Of a DNA stretch of 64,000 nucleotides, positions 8,502 to 18,040 are shown piece after piece (positions within the stretch are counted from its first letter, which is position 1; each line of letters opens with the position of its first letter). Source of the stretch: Escherichia coli (GTDB lineage: Bacteria; Pseudomonadota; Gammaproteobacteria; Enterobacterales; Enterobacteriaceae); assembly GCA_023061495.1 (NCBI GenBank), contig GCA_023061495.1_3643.1. The stretch is one strand, 5' to 3'. Under the pieces are notes generated by a model that did not search any database, was not told where the DNA came from, and saw only the letters and a program-made list of their open reading frames with translations. The translations under genes were made by a program, and so were the position numbers.

Positions 8502-10841
8502 ATGGCTACAAACAAAATAGTTGCCACAACAGTCAACAAGATTGGCTTTGAGATAGAGAACTCCTCCTACAAAAAAGCTGTAGAGAAAATTCGCAGTATT
8601 GGGAGGGAGTTCAGGAAACTGGGCGAGGATTTTAACTCAGCCAACCCAATGAGTAGATGGCAGGCAGTGGCTGTTAAAACCCAGCAAACAATGCAGCGGG
8701 TTGCCAGACAGCAATCTCAGGCAAATGCTAAACTGCACAGGGAGAGCGTAGCACAAGCCAAGAAAGAGGCTGCAGTAAGGGCTGCAATAGAACGTAGGGA
8801 GAACGCAAGACGTAAACAAGCTGTGGGTAATCTTACCGCTAAAAATCCAGAAATGGCTAGGATGCGTAAGTTCTACCAGCAGCAAGCTAAAGAGGCCAAA
8901 AAGGCTGCCAAATCTGCACCAGTGTCTTACGGCGGTTATAAGGCACCCAAGGCAAGAGTTTTGGCTAATGCCAAATCTTTCAAGTATATCCCTGGTAACC
9001 CTAATATGGGTGGTGTGGCTTCCGACCCTAACCTTGTGAAAGCTCAGACAGCTGCTATGAATCGTTATCATAGACAGCTAAGAAGAGACAGTAAAGCTGG
9101 TATGGATAATAAGCTTATGTCTGATCGTGAGGCAAGGAGAACCCACCTATACAACTCTGCGATAAGACTTTCTGCCAAGTATGGGGCCGGATTCCGTGGA
9201 AGCTTGCCAGGATACTCAGAGTTAGAGTCTAGGTTTGCTCGCGGTGAGATGAAAAAGTCAACCTTTAACGCCCACCTGTCAGCTCTGCAGTCTGGATTTA
9301 AAAGCGCCACCAGCCAAACGCTTACACTGGGTGATGCCATGAGAGACTTACGTAGGTCTGTTATTAATGCAACAGCTGCGTATACAGCTTTCTCTGGATT
9401 TGCTGCGGTTAACAGATCCGGTCACATGATGGAGGGGGCAAGTGCTGCTCTTACTGCTGTTACTGGAGATCCAAACAAAGCCAACAGCGAGGTTGCGTTT
9501 GTCCAGCAAGAGGCTATGCGTCTTGGTTTTGATCTCAAATCTGGTCTTCAAGGTTACGCCCAGATGTCGGTAAACGCCAAAAACCAGATGACAAATCAGG
9601 AAGTGCATGAGCTGTTTTCTGCATACTCACAGTATGCTGCTGCTTACGGTGCCGATGAGGTAAAATACCAGCGTGGTATTATGGCAATCCAGCAAATGCT
9701 CGGTAAAGGGCAAGTAATGTCCGAAGAACTGAAGCAACAACTTGCTGAAGCATTGCCTGGTGCATACGAACCTTTTATCAAGGCCACCAAAGAGGCTTTT
9801 GGTCTTTCTGAACTCTCCATGGATCAGTTCATGGACATGATGAAGAAAGGCGAGGTTAAAACAGCCAAGATCATGAAGTATGTGGCTAAGTACATGAACG
9901 AGGCATCTGCAGCTGGTTATGAAAGAATGCAGAAGTCTAACGTACTGGCAGAAAACAGACTGAAAACCTTCATTGAACTGTCTCGTCAGAAACTATTCAC
10001 CCGTTGGGCTGATGAACTAACAGAGTTCTATTATACACTGATTCGCACTGGTGAGACTTTGCAATTTGTGTGGGATGCCTCTGGTGATTTTGTTAGTGGT
10101 TTTGTGAGAGGTCTCAACTGGGTAGTTGGTGAACTAAACAATACCATAGTCAAGATCCGCATGTTTTTCCTTGAATGGGGGATTAAATGGGGACTCATAA
10201 CAGCTAAGACGAAGGAATATTCTGAAGAGCTTAATGACACCTTTAGCTATGCTAAATGGGCAGGGTTTGCTGCTGCCATTATGCTGGTAGTGAACGCCCT
10301 GACAAAAGGTTTTGTCATGGCATCTATGCTTGTAAAAACCTTCAAATTCCTTAGTTCTATAAGAGGTGCAGCTGGAGCAGCAGGTGCAGGTGCAGCTACC
10401 ACAGAAGGATCTGGTGGTGGTGCGGCAGGAAAAGGGGGAGGTGGCCTCAAGACACCTGGTGGTAAAGTTGGCCTGCTTGGTAAGCTTGGTATTATCGGTA
10501 CAATATTAAGCGCCGTGGAGTTATTTAATGACCGTTTCAACCCACTGAGTGAGAGAAATCAGCAACTGGATACTGTCAGCGATATGATTCGCAAAGATAT
10601 CATATCTGGAGGTAACGGGTTTGTTGATCCTTTGGACACCTTACCGGGAGGGACTCTTCCGTTGCCAGGTGGCCCTGGTTTTGCTTCTCAATTAAGAACT
10701 ATGGAAATGCTCCCTTTAGAGATTAGTGATGGTAAAATCACGATTTCAATAGATGAGGGGGAGTTTAGCAAAATACTTGATGCAAAACTTGAGTGGGAGA
10801 ACAACAAGGATATTAACTTTATGTCAACAGATCTTTGGTAA
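8502..10841 (+). CDS. tail tape measure protein
   Basis: 779 aa directly after frameshifted chaperones; Lys/Ala/Gln-rich predicted coiled coil N-terminal half, Gly-rich tract (GAAGAAGAGAATTEGSGGGAAGKGGGG) and hydrophobic segments. Confidence 0.7.
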   Translation: MATNKIVATTVNKIGFEIENSSYKKAVEKIRSIGREFRKLGEDFNSANPMSRWQAVAVKTQQTMQRVARQQSQANAKLHRESVAQAKKEAAVRAAIERRENARRKQAVGNLTAKNPEMARMRKFYQQQAKEAKKAAKSAPVSYGGYKAPKARVLANAKSFKYIPGNPNMGGVASDPNLVKAQTAAMNRYHRQLRRDSKAGMDNKLMSDREARRTHLYNSAIRLSAKYGAGFRGSLPGYSELESRFARGEMKKSTFNAHLSALQSGFKSATSQTLTLGDAMRDLRRSVINATAAYTAFSGFAAVNRSGHMMEGASAALTAVTGDPNKANSEVAFVQQEAMRLGFDLKSGLQGYAQMSVNAKNQMTNQEVHELFSAYSQYAAAYGADEVKYQRGIMAIQQMLGKGQVMSEELKQQLAEALPGAYEPFIKATKEAFGLSELSMDQFMDMMKKGEVKTAKIMKYVAKYMNEASAAGYERMQKSNVLAENRLKTFIELSRQKLFTRWADELTEFYYTLIRTGETLQFVWDASGDFVSGFVRGLNWVVGELNNTIVKIRMFFLEWGIKWGLITAKTKEYSEELNDTFSYAKWAGFAAAIMLVVNALTKGFVMASMLVKTFKFLSSIRGAAGAAGAGAATTEGSGGGAAGKGGGGLKTPGGKVGLLGKLGIIGTILSAVELFNDRFNPLSERNQQLDTVSDMIRKDIISGGNGFVDPLDTLPGGTLPLPGGPGFASQLRTMEMLPLEISDGKITISIDEGEFSKILDAKLEWENNKDINFMSTDLW

Positions 10842-10854
10842 TAAACAGCACACA

Positions 10855-10880
10855 GGGGGCTCCGGCCCCCTTTATTTTAT
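10855..10880 (+). terminator. rho-independent terminator
   Basis: GGGGGC-TCCG-GCCCCC hairpin followed by TTTATTTTAT. Confidence 0.65.
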
Positions 10881-10885
10881 CGGTG

Positions 10886-10914
10886 TTGTAAAAACGGCTA
10901 TTTTATGATACAAT
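10886..10914 (+). promoter_or_regulatory. sigma70-like promoter with extended -10 (TTGTAA, 17 bp, TGaTACAAT)
   Basis: -35 TTGTAA 10886-10891, spacer 17, TG 10906-10907, -10 TACAAT 10909-10914. Confidence 0.5.
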
Positions 10915-10947
10915 ATTTAGATGGTATCGGAGTGTCCTGGAGAGGTT

Positions 10948-11832
10948 ATGCCAAGTAATATAGTTGATGAAAAAGACCTGTACAAGCCTCAAGAGGTTAA
11001 ATCTCCAAAGGCTGAAAAGGCAGAGCAACAAACTGAAAGCGATGTAAAGTACACTATGTTTGTCAGCGGTCTTAACCATGGTGGTCGCAATACGGAGATG
11101 AAGGGCAAAAACTTTACTAACGATCTTGCAATCATCTTCGATCAGATTGAGAATTACTCTTTCAAACATTCTGTTGATAAGACTGATTTTGCGGTGGAAG
11201 ATAAATCTACCCTGTCAGACCACGCTGTAATTAAAGATGGTGTATTTTCTTTTACTGGTAGGGTAAATACATCACCACATATAATCTATGAGCAAAACTA
11301 CATTGACAGGAATACTGACTCTAAAAACCCTGCAGCATCTATGCGACCAGGCGCTGCACTGGAGGCTTTGACTGAGATCATTAATAAGCGCCAGTTGGTT
11401 TCTTTGGTTACCGAGGAGAGGCTCCTTGAGAACTACATCATAACCAGTCTTTCTGCCAACAAGTCTGTTGGTGAAGGTGCTGCGATGGTGTTTGATGTAG
11501 AACTTACAGAGTTCCGCACATTCTACTTGAACAAGGTTGTTAATGCAACTGTATACAGCAACCCTAAGAAAGTAGGCAAGACCCAGCAAAAAGGTGCTGT
11601 CAACGATTGTAAGAATGGCAGTAACGTAGGTAACAAGAGGGACACAGGGGCATTTGCAGACACTGCATCCACAAATGCTGCAGAAGAGTGGCAGCCATAC
11701 AAATCTATGATGTGGACAGATGAAAACGGTGTTACCCAATCTGCTGCGGATTGGTATTACCAGGAATATGGAAGACCTTCTACCATAGTCCCATCTGAGC
11801 AGGGAAACTACAACAAAGTTAACGGAAAATAA
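10948..11832 (+). CDS. hypothetical tail/baseplate-module protein
   Basis: ATG 10948 preceded by GGAGAGG; the track's upstream start at 10921 lacks an RBS and lies at the predicted transcription start; 294 aa. Confidence 0.45.
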   Translation: MPSNIVDEKDLYKPQEVKSPKAEKAEQQTESDVKYTMFVSGLNHGGRNTEMKGKNFTNDLAIIFDQIENYSFKHSVDKTDFAVEDKSTLSDHAVIKDGVFSFTGRVNTSPHIIYEQNYIDRNTDSKNPAASMRPGAALEALTEIINKRQLVSLVTEERLLENYIITSLSANKSVGEGAAMVFDVELTEFRTFYLNKVVNATVYSNPKKVGKTQQKGAVNDCKNGSNVGNKRDTGAFADTASTNAAEEWQPYKSMMWTDENGVTQSAADWYYQEYGRPSTIVPSEQGNYNKVNGK

Positions 11833-11844
11833 GGGGAGCGTGTA

Positions 11845-12225
11845 ATGGAGCTTAAAGATTGGTGCATAATCACCTTTGTGTGGGACATTGACGGCTTTCC
11901 TGATCAAACCATGCGTGTTGTTTTAGACAATGAGACGTATGAAATGCGTATGCAATGGAATGAGAGGGATGAGTCCTGGTGGCTATCTCTTGGTCCGGTA
12001 GGTGACAGCCCTTTAGTAACCAGAAAAGTAACAGCTTGTCAAGATATTCTAGACGGACTGCATTACAGAGACGATTTACCGAAAGGTAGATTGATGGTGC
12101 TGTCGTTTAAAGACGATCAATATTGGGGACGGGTTGGAAGATACAACCTTGGAGCAAGATCTGAGCTGCAACTTGTATACGGTACCCCAGTTGATCTTTA
12201 CAAGGAACAGCAAGGGTTAGAATAA
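11845..12225 (+). CDS. hypothetical baseplate-module protein
   Basis: RBS AAGGGGAG; 126 aa; tightly packed with flanking tail genes. Confidence 0.45.
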   Translation: MELKDWCIITFVWDIDGFPDQTMRVVLDNETYEMRMQWNERDESWWLSLGPVGDSPLVTRKVTACQDILDGLHYRDDLPKGRLMVLSFKDDQYWGRVGRYNLGARSELQLVYGTPVDLYKEQQGLE

Positions 12226-13223
12226 TGGCAGAGTACAGACGTAGAACATGGCGACTGTTGTTTGGTCGTCCTGTAGAGCATGGCGGTAAATCAAAAACCA
12301 ATATCCCAAAATCTGTTGAAAAGAAAGGAGAGAGTGATTCCGGAGTTTATGAGATTAGCTCGGACACTGGTGCTGCCAATATAGAGTTTGACATACAAAA
12401 GGACAATACTAAAGAGCCAAACAAAGGCTATGTGACAGTTTACAACTTGTCTGACGATACAGTTAACTATCTAGATATGCATCAAGCTGATGCTCTTGCA
12501 GTTATGTTTGAGGCTGGCTATGATAATGAGAACCAGTTGATATTCTCCGGAACTGTAGAGTTTGTTGAGGACAGATGGGAAGGCCCGACCAGAAAAACTA
12601 AGTTCATCTTTGGTGATGGCACTGAGAACATCATTAAGTGCCAAAGCACAAGATCTTATCAGAAAGGTACACCTCTGAACTCTGTGCTTAATGACCTGCT
12701 GAAGGATATGAACTTGCCAAAAGGTAGGGTTGTTGGTTTTGGAAACCAGACTCTGCAATACTCCATGGCTTTCTCTGGAAACACTGCAGAGAACCTCCGC
12801 AGGTTTGCAAGGCTGACAAACTCAACATTCAGCGTTCAGGACGGTGCTTTATATTGGACCAAGGTTGGAAAAAGGTTCAAGGACTCTGTGTTTGAAATAA
12901 GTGCAGAGTCTGGGATGCACGGATCACCTACCCCTAAAAACCCAGAACCTGCTAAAAAACGAAAAGCTAAAGCTGCTGCGAAAGGTGGCACAAGTAAGAA
13001 AAAGAAAAACCCGAGAGAGGATGTTGGTCTTACTGTAACAACATGCCTTAACGGAGCTATCCTCCCAGAGTCCACCATTTATCTTAAAAGTAGGCAATAC
13101 ACAGGCTTCTATAAGGTGATCACGGTGCACCATAAGGGCACCATAGAGGGCGGTGATTACACTACAGAGCTTGGCCTTGGGGAAACAATAGGTGGAGTTG
13201 TTGACAAAACTGAGGAGGTATAA
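12225..13223 (+). CDS. putative baseplate hub-type protein (speculative)
   Basis: 332 aa, start overlaps upstream stop; basic Lys-rich segment near C-terminus; sits before the spike-like gene. Confidence 0.35.
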   Translation: MAEYRRRTWRLLFGRPVEHGGKSKTNIPKSVEKKGESDSGVYEISSDTGAANIEFDIQKDNTKEPNKGYVTVYNLSDDTVNYLDMHQADALAVMFEAGYDNENQLIFSGTVEFVEDRWEGPTRKTKFIFGDGTENIIKCQSTRSYQKGTPLNSVLNDLLKDMNLPKGRVVGFGNQTLQYSMAFSGNTAENLRRFARLTNSTFSVQDGALYWTKVGKRFKDSVFEISAESGMHGSPTPKNPEPAKKRKAKAAAKGGTSKKKKNPREDVGLTVTTCLNGAILPESTIYLKSRQYTGFYKVITVHHKGTIEGGDYTTELGLGETIGGVVDKTEEV

Positions 13224-13900
13224 TGGCAATAAATAGGAAAGATGCTGCCGTAAGATCCTTTATAGAAAAAATAATGAGGGACTACCACACCAGTATCAGG
13301 GCTAGAGTTGTCAGCGTAGATTACAGTATCCCTTCCGCAGCCGTGCAGCCAATAGCTGAAACCACGTTTGATGACGGAGATGTTGAGAGATACCCTCTTA
13401 TCTATGATGTGCCAATCCAGGTGATGTCTGCAAACAGTGGGAAGGCAAGGTTAACACTCCCTATTAAGGCTGGAGATGTTGTAGGATTGCAGTTTTCAGA
13501 GAGAAATGAAAACAACAACGATGATCAACAAACTCACGGCCTGTTTCCGGGGTGGGCAATAACCTCTGTTCATTCAGACTCTAACGCTCTGCAGATCGAT
13601 CCTGATAATGTAGAGTTATGGAATGATAAGGTTTATTTTAAGCTGACACCTTCTGGTGATTTTGAGCTTCAAACACCTGGTGGGACATTACGGTGCGACA
13701 GTAGCGGGGAGTTTTCTTTCACCAACGGAGCTGCCAATTTACGAGCTGCTGTGGATGGAAATATTAGAATGAATGGTGCCACAATAGACCCATCTGGTAG
13801 AATCATAACTGCTGCTGGTGTGGATTTGGACTCATTCTATGCAGAATATAAAGGTCATACCCACTCTTGCCCTGATGGTGAGACAAGTGGACCGCACTAA
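13223..13900 (+). CDS. putative baseplate central spike protein (gpV/gp5-like) with His-rich C-terminal tip
   Basis: 225 aa; RBS GAGGAGG; C-terminal YKGHTHSCPDGETSGPH resembles metal-binding HxH spike apex motifs. Confidence 0.45.
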   Translation: MAINRKDAAVRSFIEKIMRDYHTSIRARVVSVDYSIPSAAVQPIAETTFDDGDVERYPLIYDVPIQVMSANSGKARLTLPIKAGDVVGLQFSERNENNNDDQQTHGLFPGWAITSVHSDSNALQIDPDNVELWNDKVYFKLTPSGDFELQTPGGTLRCDSSGEFSFTNGAANLRAAVDGNIRMNGATIDPSGRIITAAGVDLDSFYAEYKGHTHSCPDGETSGPH

Positions 13901-13912
13901 TAGAGGGCTTGC

Positions 13913-14728
13913 ATGGCTACGCTTTATAGTGATATATTGATGGACCCACAGACAGGCGATTTGGCGATAGACAAAGGTCTTGAGTTGATAGACTCAAACC
14001 AAGTAAGTCTGCGCCAGCGCCTGTGGATGAGGTTTAATACCTGGAAAGGGAGCTGGTACTTTGACGAGTTGTTTGGCTTCCCTTATATGGACTTTCTCAG
14101 TAAGAAGGTCATGAAGACTGTTCTTGATAACAAGATTATGGAAGTGGCAAGACAAGAGCCGGATGTGCTAAACATCATAAACTTCCAATCTACTATGGAT
14201 CGAAGATCGAGAACATATCAAGCGTTCTTTGAGGTTGTTACCAAGGAGAACGAGATTGTAAGACTTGCTTTCGTAGGTCTTGATCAGTTTACCTATCCAC
14301 AGCCTGATGCTGGGACAACCTCTCTCTGTGATGATGAAGGTTGGATTAAGTGGGCTAATAAACTGTACTACCTGATCAACTTTAGATTGCCTAGAACCGG
14401 GGATGCCACATGGTGGAACCAGTATGCCGGTCCTGAGATGGAAAACCCGATCCCTGTAGGCTCTCTGTTGACTCAGGATAAAGATCTGCTGATGACTGAG
14501 GCAGAACAAACCATTAACCGCAATACCTGGACGCTTGCTCCAGATGAGCGCGAATATTCTGGTGTTATTGCTACATCTAATGATGAGGCTATTGCCAACC
14601 AGTCTGACGTNNNNNNNNNNNNNNNNNNNNNNNNNNNNNNNNNNNNNNNNNNNNNNNNNNNNNNNNNNNNNNNNNNNNNNNNNNNNNNNNNNNNNNNNNN
14701 NNNNGGTCGTGCTATTGATGTTAACTAA
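13913..14728 (+). CDS. putative baseplate wedge protein (gp25/gpW-like N-terminal region); internal part masked by N
   Basis: 271 codons including a 94-nt N-run; N-terminal VSLRQRLWMRFNTWKGSWYFDELFGFPY resembles gp25/W-type baseplate proteins; reading frame preserved across the N-run. Confidence 0.4.
   Translation: MATLYSDILMDPQTGDLAIDKGLELIDSNQVSLRQRLWMRFNTWKGSWYFDELFGFPYMDFLSKKVMKTVLDNKIMEVARQEPDVLNIINFQSTMDRRSRTYQAFFEVVTKENEIVRLAFVGLDQFTYPQPDAGTTSLCDDEGWIKWANKLYYLINFRLPRTGDATWWNQYAGPEMENPIPVGSLLTQDKDLLMTEAEQTINRNTWTLAPDEREYSGVIATSNDEAIANQSDXXXXXXXXXXXXXXXXXXXXXXXXXXXXXXXXGRAIDVN
14611..14704. other. run of 94 N (masked or unresolved sequence) inside a CDS
   Basis: Literal N characters; flanking ORF remains in frame. 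Confidence 0.95.
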
Positions 14729-14737
14729 GGGGAAATC

Positions 14738-15406
14738 ATGGCTGTAGCTTATCCTACAATACCAATTCCAGATCTTGAAGATGCAGAAACAGTCCTGAGT
14801 GATGACTTCTTGGTTGTCAATCAGACTGATGGGACAAGAAAGGCTAAGATTGACGATGTTGTCAACGATCTCAGCATTACTAAAATAGTCTATTTCACAG
14901 AGGGCGGCTATCTTAAGAGCAAGAAGGACTTTGCTTATGACCCAGAGACCAAGCGCTACTACACGTGGAACGGGGATTATCCTAAAATAATCCTCCCAGA
15001 CTCTACTGTAGATGGTGCTGGGGGTGTGTCTGCAAAAGCCTGGTCTGTTTTTGGAGAGCTTGCTGCAACTTCTTCTGGTAGAATAGTTGATTACGGGTCT
15101 ATTGGTGGTCAGCTTGATATGGACCTTGAAGTTGCTGACACTTTTAAAGTTCGACTAACTTCAAATACCACGATCTCTTTTGAGAATCAAACAGAAGGTC
15201 TTGAAGGGGTGGCGAGAACTATAACCGTATGCATTACTCAGACATCTGGCGGCAACAAAGTCTATTGGCCTGATAATGTTAAATGGGCATACGGAAGAGA
15301 TCCTATCCTAACATTTACAGCTGGTGCAACAGATATTTTCAAGTTAGAAACCTACGACAACGGGTTAACTTGGTACGGGGCACTGATTATCGCAGGAGCT
15401 ATCTAA
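14738..15406 (+). CDS. receptor-binding-protein anchor-domain protein (short)
   Basis: 222 aa; N-terminus (LSDDFLVVNQTDGTRKAKIDDVV ... FTEGGYL ... FAYDPE) is paralogous to the N-terminus of the 1478-aa fibre at 18041. Confidence 0.5.
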   Translation: MAVAYPTIPIPDLEDAETVLSDDFLVVNQTDGTRKAKIDDVVNDLSITKIVYFTEGGYLKSKKDFAYDPETKRYYTWNGDYPKIILPDSTVDGAGGVSAKAWSVFGELAATSSGRIVDYGSIGGQLDMDLEVADTFKVRLTSNTTISFENQTEGLEGVARTITVCITQTSGGNKVYWPDNVKWAYGRDPILTFTAGATDIFKLETYDNGLTWYGALIIAGAI

Positions 15407-15407
15407 G

Positions 15408-18005
15408 ATGCGTATTCAACACAACATTGATAACGTATTTCAGATGATTGAGGGGCACAGGAAGTGCCTCGATAATAACACAGGTATTACCAATCTCCCC
15501 ACGCAGAACAAACTGGTAAACCAGGATGGGCTTATAGCGTCAGGTTGGTCAGGGAGCAAGATAAATAATGATTGGGCAATGCATGAGTCCCAAGCTGTGT
15601 TGATTCTGGGATACATTGAAGCATACAGGGCATCGAAAAGCGATTTCTACTTGGATAGGGCAAAAGCTGCTTGGGAAGCTTACAATAGTCATCTTCTAGG
15701 TGCATATGCAGTAGAAAGTAAAATGCAAAGATTGTCCCACTACCCATTATCCACAGATGGGGTTCCATCGCATGGCGGGTTTAAAGATGTAGTGGTGTCT
15801 TTTACCAATGGTAGAGGAAAAATCCCAGCTGGATCTCCGACATGGGGTGAATACCTAGACAAGGCATTCCAAGCGTATAACGGTGTGCTAGGAAGAAACA
15901 CTGTAGACTCTGATGTTTACGGCGGCACGGATGCTAACCCAAATTGGACAACATCTGGATTAAGTTGGTGGGTTGAGTGGTATATAGCATGGGATGGTAA
16001 CCGCTATTGGGCCAACGGTAGCATAGCCGACAGTGGTCATACGTCTGCAGAGTTCGGCACAATCCAACTGCAGGATAAGGGTGTTACAGGCAGCCACAAG
16101 GTAACCTACTGTGTGAGATTGCCACAAGAGCAGGGTGGATCGGTGATATCTGCTGGATCCCCTGTAATTGTAAACCCTATAAATGTGGTTGCAGACAATC
16201 AAGCCCCAGAGTTGGACGGGGAAGAAATGTGGTGTGACGCTTGTTATCAACTCTACACTTTGACAGACGAGGAAAAGTATTACACCGCGTTTAAACAGTC
16301 TTACAACAAGTTGCTTAATTTCAGTGATATAAATGCCTACGACAAGTTGTTTAGAAAGACCACGTTGATTAAGGCACCGTTCACAGATGGTACTTGTCTC
16401 GTTGCAGGAACAGTTCCTGTCATGAGTAGGGACAGCGACGGGTATATCAATTTTAGAATGAACGCACGCCAGCCTTGCGAAATAATCCAAAAAGGGACTA
16501 CATACAAGATAGGCAGAGATGCTGAAATTGTTATGAATTTCGGAGGAGAGGGGGTTCTGTTCCAGCCACATTTCATCCTTAATGATGGCAACAATAACAA
16601 AAAACAGTATAGGATAGGGGTCCCTTTTGGAGGGTCAGAGGTAACAGAGACAGTTGCCAAGGTTACTGATTTCGTAGAGGTGGTTGGTAAAGACGGTAAC
16701 CCGTATCTTCTGCCAAAAGAGGAAAACATTGCCGTAAGCGGTGGCGCTAGTGTTAGTATGCAATATGATACCGACATTTACAACCACTCCGACAACTTCA
16801 CCCGTTGCAACATAGTAAGAGGCAAAGTAACTTTAAATTTTGGAAGGGAGATTTCTTTAAACTCAGTAACTTATCGATCAGATGATGAGATGGTAAGGGT
16901 CAAATTTCTTGACAAAGACCGTTGGTTATGGTATGCTGATCTATATGCCACTAACGGACAATGGATAACAGAAACTCTTACCCTAGGTGATTTTAAACTA
17001 GATCCAACACAACTTCATCACACAGAAGATGAGATTAAACCTTTCTTTGCCAACCCTAAAGGAATTACCTCTGTAGATTTCAGTCTGAGCGACAGGCAGA
17101 TAGGCAATGGCTTGTTCGATCTGTATTGCGTCAACACTCTGCCGCAATTTTATGTTGCAGATAGGGATGCTTATCTGATCTGGTTTAGTGTATGGATGGC
17201 AAGCAAGACAGAATCAACCGCTAAGGTTGGTGATTGCTATGTCAGAAACTACAAGCAAGGTGCCTACAGGCACACCCCAGGTGTGTTCCCTGCCGGAAAG
17301 GTGATAGACAAGGAAAATTATCTCTTAGAGGAAAGGCCAAATTGGCCCTATCCCGGAATGCAATATCCGGTAGTCTACTGTATGGGTGCGGAAAACATAG
17401 ATCGTCAAAGATTGGCAAATACAATTGGATTTATGTACGACTCCCAAGTTTGGTATAATAACACATTTAAAACAGAAGGACCAGTTGCATCCCGCTACGT
17501 ATGGCAGCGAGGTAATGAGGGGTTGACTGGTTGGTGGGAGATGGTAGATAACTCTAAACTCCAATCAAGAGCCTTTGTTGCTGCGTGCCGCACACTATAT
17601 GAGCTTAAGAAACATAAAGAACCTGTTGATGAAAGACTGTTCCTGTTCTGCCAGAAATGGGCATGGTTCCTCAACAGATTCCAGTCATCTCATTCCGGAA
17701 ATCTACCTACAGACTTTAACACCTCTGGTGGATATTCTTATCAAGACAGAGGGGACAGGATGTGGGTGGTAGGTGAATGGCTTGCAGGTTGCTGCTGGCT
17801 AGGTCTGTGCGGGTATTCAGAGACAATACCTCAAATAGATATTGTTGTAGAAGCCTGTGTGAAGTTACTGCAAAAGCACCACTTCATTAACGGGGATAAT
17901 GTTTTAAACGGCTGCTGGGCAGTTTCTGATCCGGTAGGCTATCACTCTGGCGAAATCCTTCGCGGTCTGGGACTTTATGCCCAATACCGTGGATTGTACC
18001 TTTAA
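15408..18005 (+). CDS. large tail-associated protein, possible glycan-degrading enzyme domain (speculative)
   Basis: 865 aa starting 2 nt after the anchor-domain gene; Trp/Tyr-rich; C-terminal region resembles alpha/alpha-toroid hydrolases by eye only. Confidence 0.45.
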   Translation: MRIQHNIDNVFQMIEGHRKCLDNNTGITNLPTQNKLVNQDGLIASGWSGSKINNDWAMHESQAVLILGYIEAYRASKSDFYLDRAKAAWEAYNSHLLGAYAVESKMQRLSHYPLSTDGVPSHGGFKDVVVSFTNGRGKIPAGSPTWGEYLDKAFQAYNGVLGRNTVDSDVYGGTDANPNWTTSGLSWWVEWYIAWDGNRYWANGSIADSGHTSAEFGTIQLQDKGVTGSHKVTYCVRLPQEQGGSVISAGSPVIVNPINVVADNQAPELDGEEMWCDACYQLYTLTDEEKYYTAFKQSYNKLLNFSDINAYDKLFRKTTLIKAPFTDGTCLVAGTVPVMSRDSDGYINFRMNARQPCEIIQKGTTYKIGRDAEIVMNFGGEGVLFQPHFILNDGNNNKKQYRIGVPFGGSEVTETVAKVTDFVEVVGKDGNPYLLPKEENIAVSGGASVSMQYDTDIYNHSDNFTRCNIVRGKVTLNFGREISLNSVTYRSDDEMVRVKFLDKDRWLWYADLYATNGQWITETLTLGDFKLDPTQLHHTEDEIKPFFANPKGITSVDFSLSDRQIGNGLFDLYCVNTLPQFYVADRDAYLIWFSVWMASKTESTAKVGDCYVRNYKQGAYRHTPGVFPAGKVIDKENYLLEERPNWPYPGMQYPVVYCMGAENIDRQRLANTIGFMYDSQVWYNNTFKTEGPVASRYVWQRGNEGLTGWWEMVDNSKLQSRAFVAACRTLYELKKHKEPVDERLFLFCQKWAWFLNRFQSSHSGNLPTDFNTSGGYSYQDRGDRMWVVGEWLAGCCWLGLCGYSETIPQIDIVVEACVKLLQKHHFINGDNVLNGCWAVSDPVGYHSGEILRGLGLYAQYRGLYL

Positions 18006-18009
18006 CATA

Positions 18010-18030
18010 GGGGGCTGTTTGCCCCCTTTC
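18010..18030 (+). terminator. hairpin, weak terminator
   Basis: GGGGGC-TGTTT-GCCCCC followed by only TTT. Confidence 0.35.
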
Positions 18031-18040
18031 AGGAGAAAGA

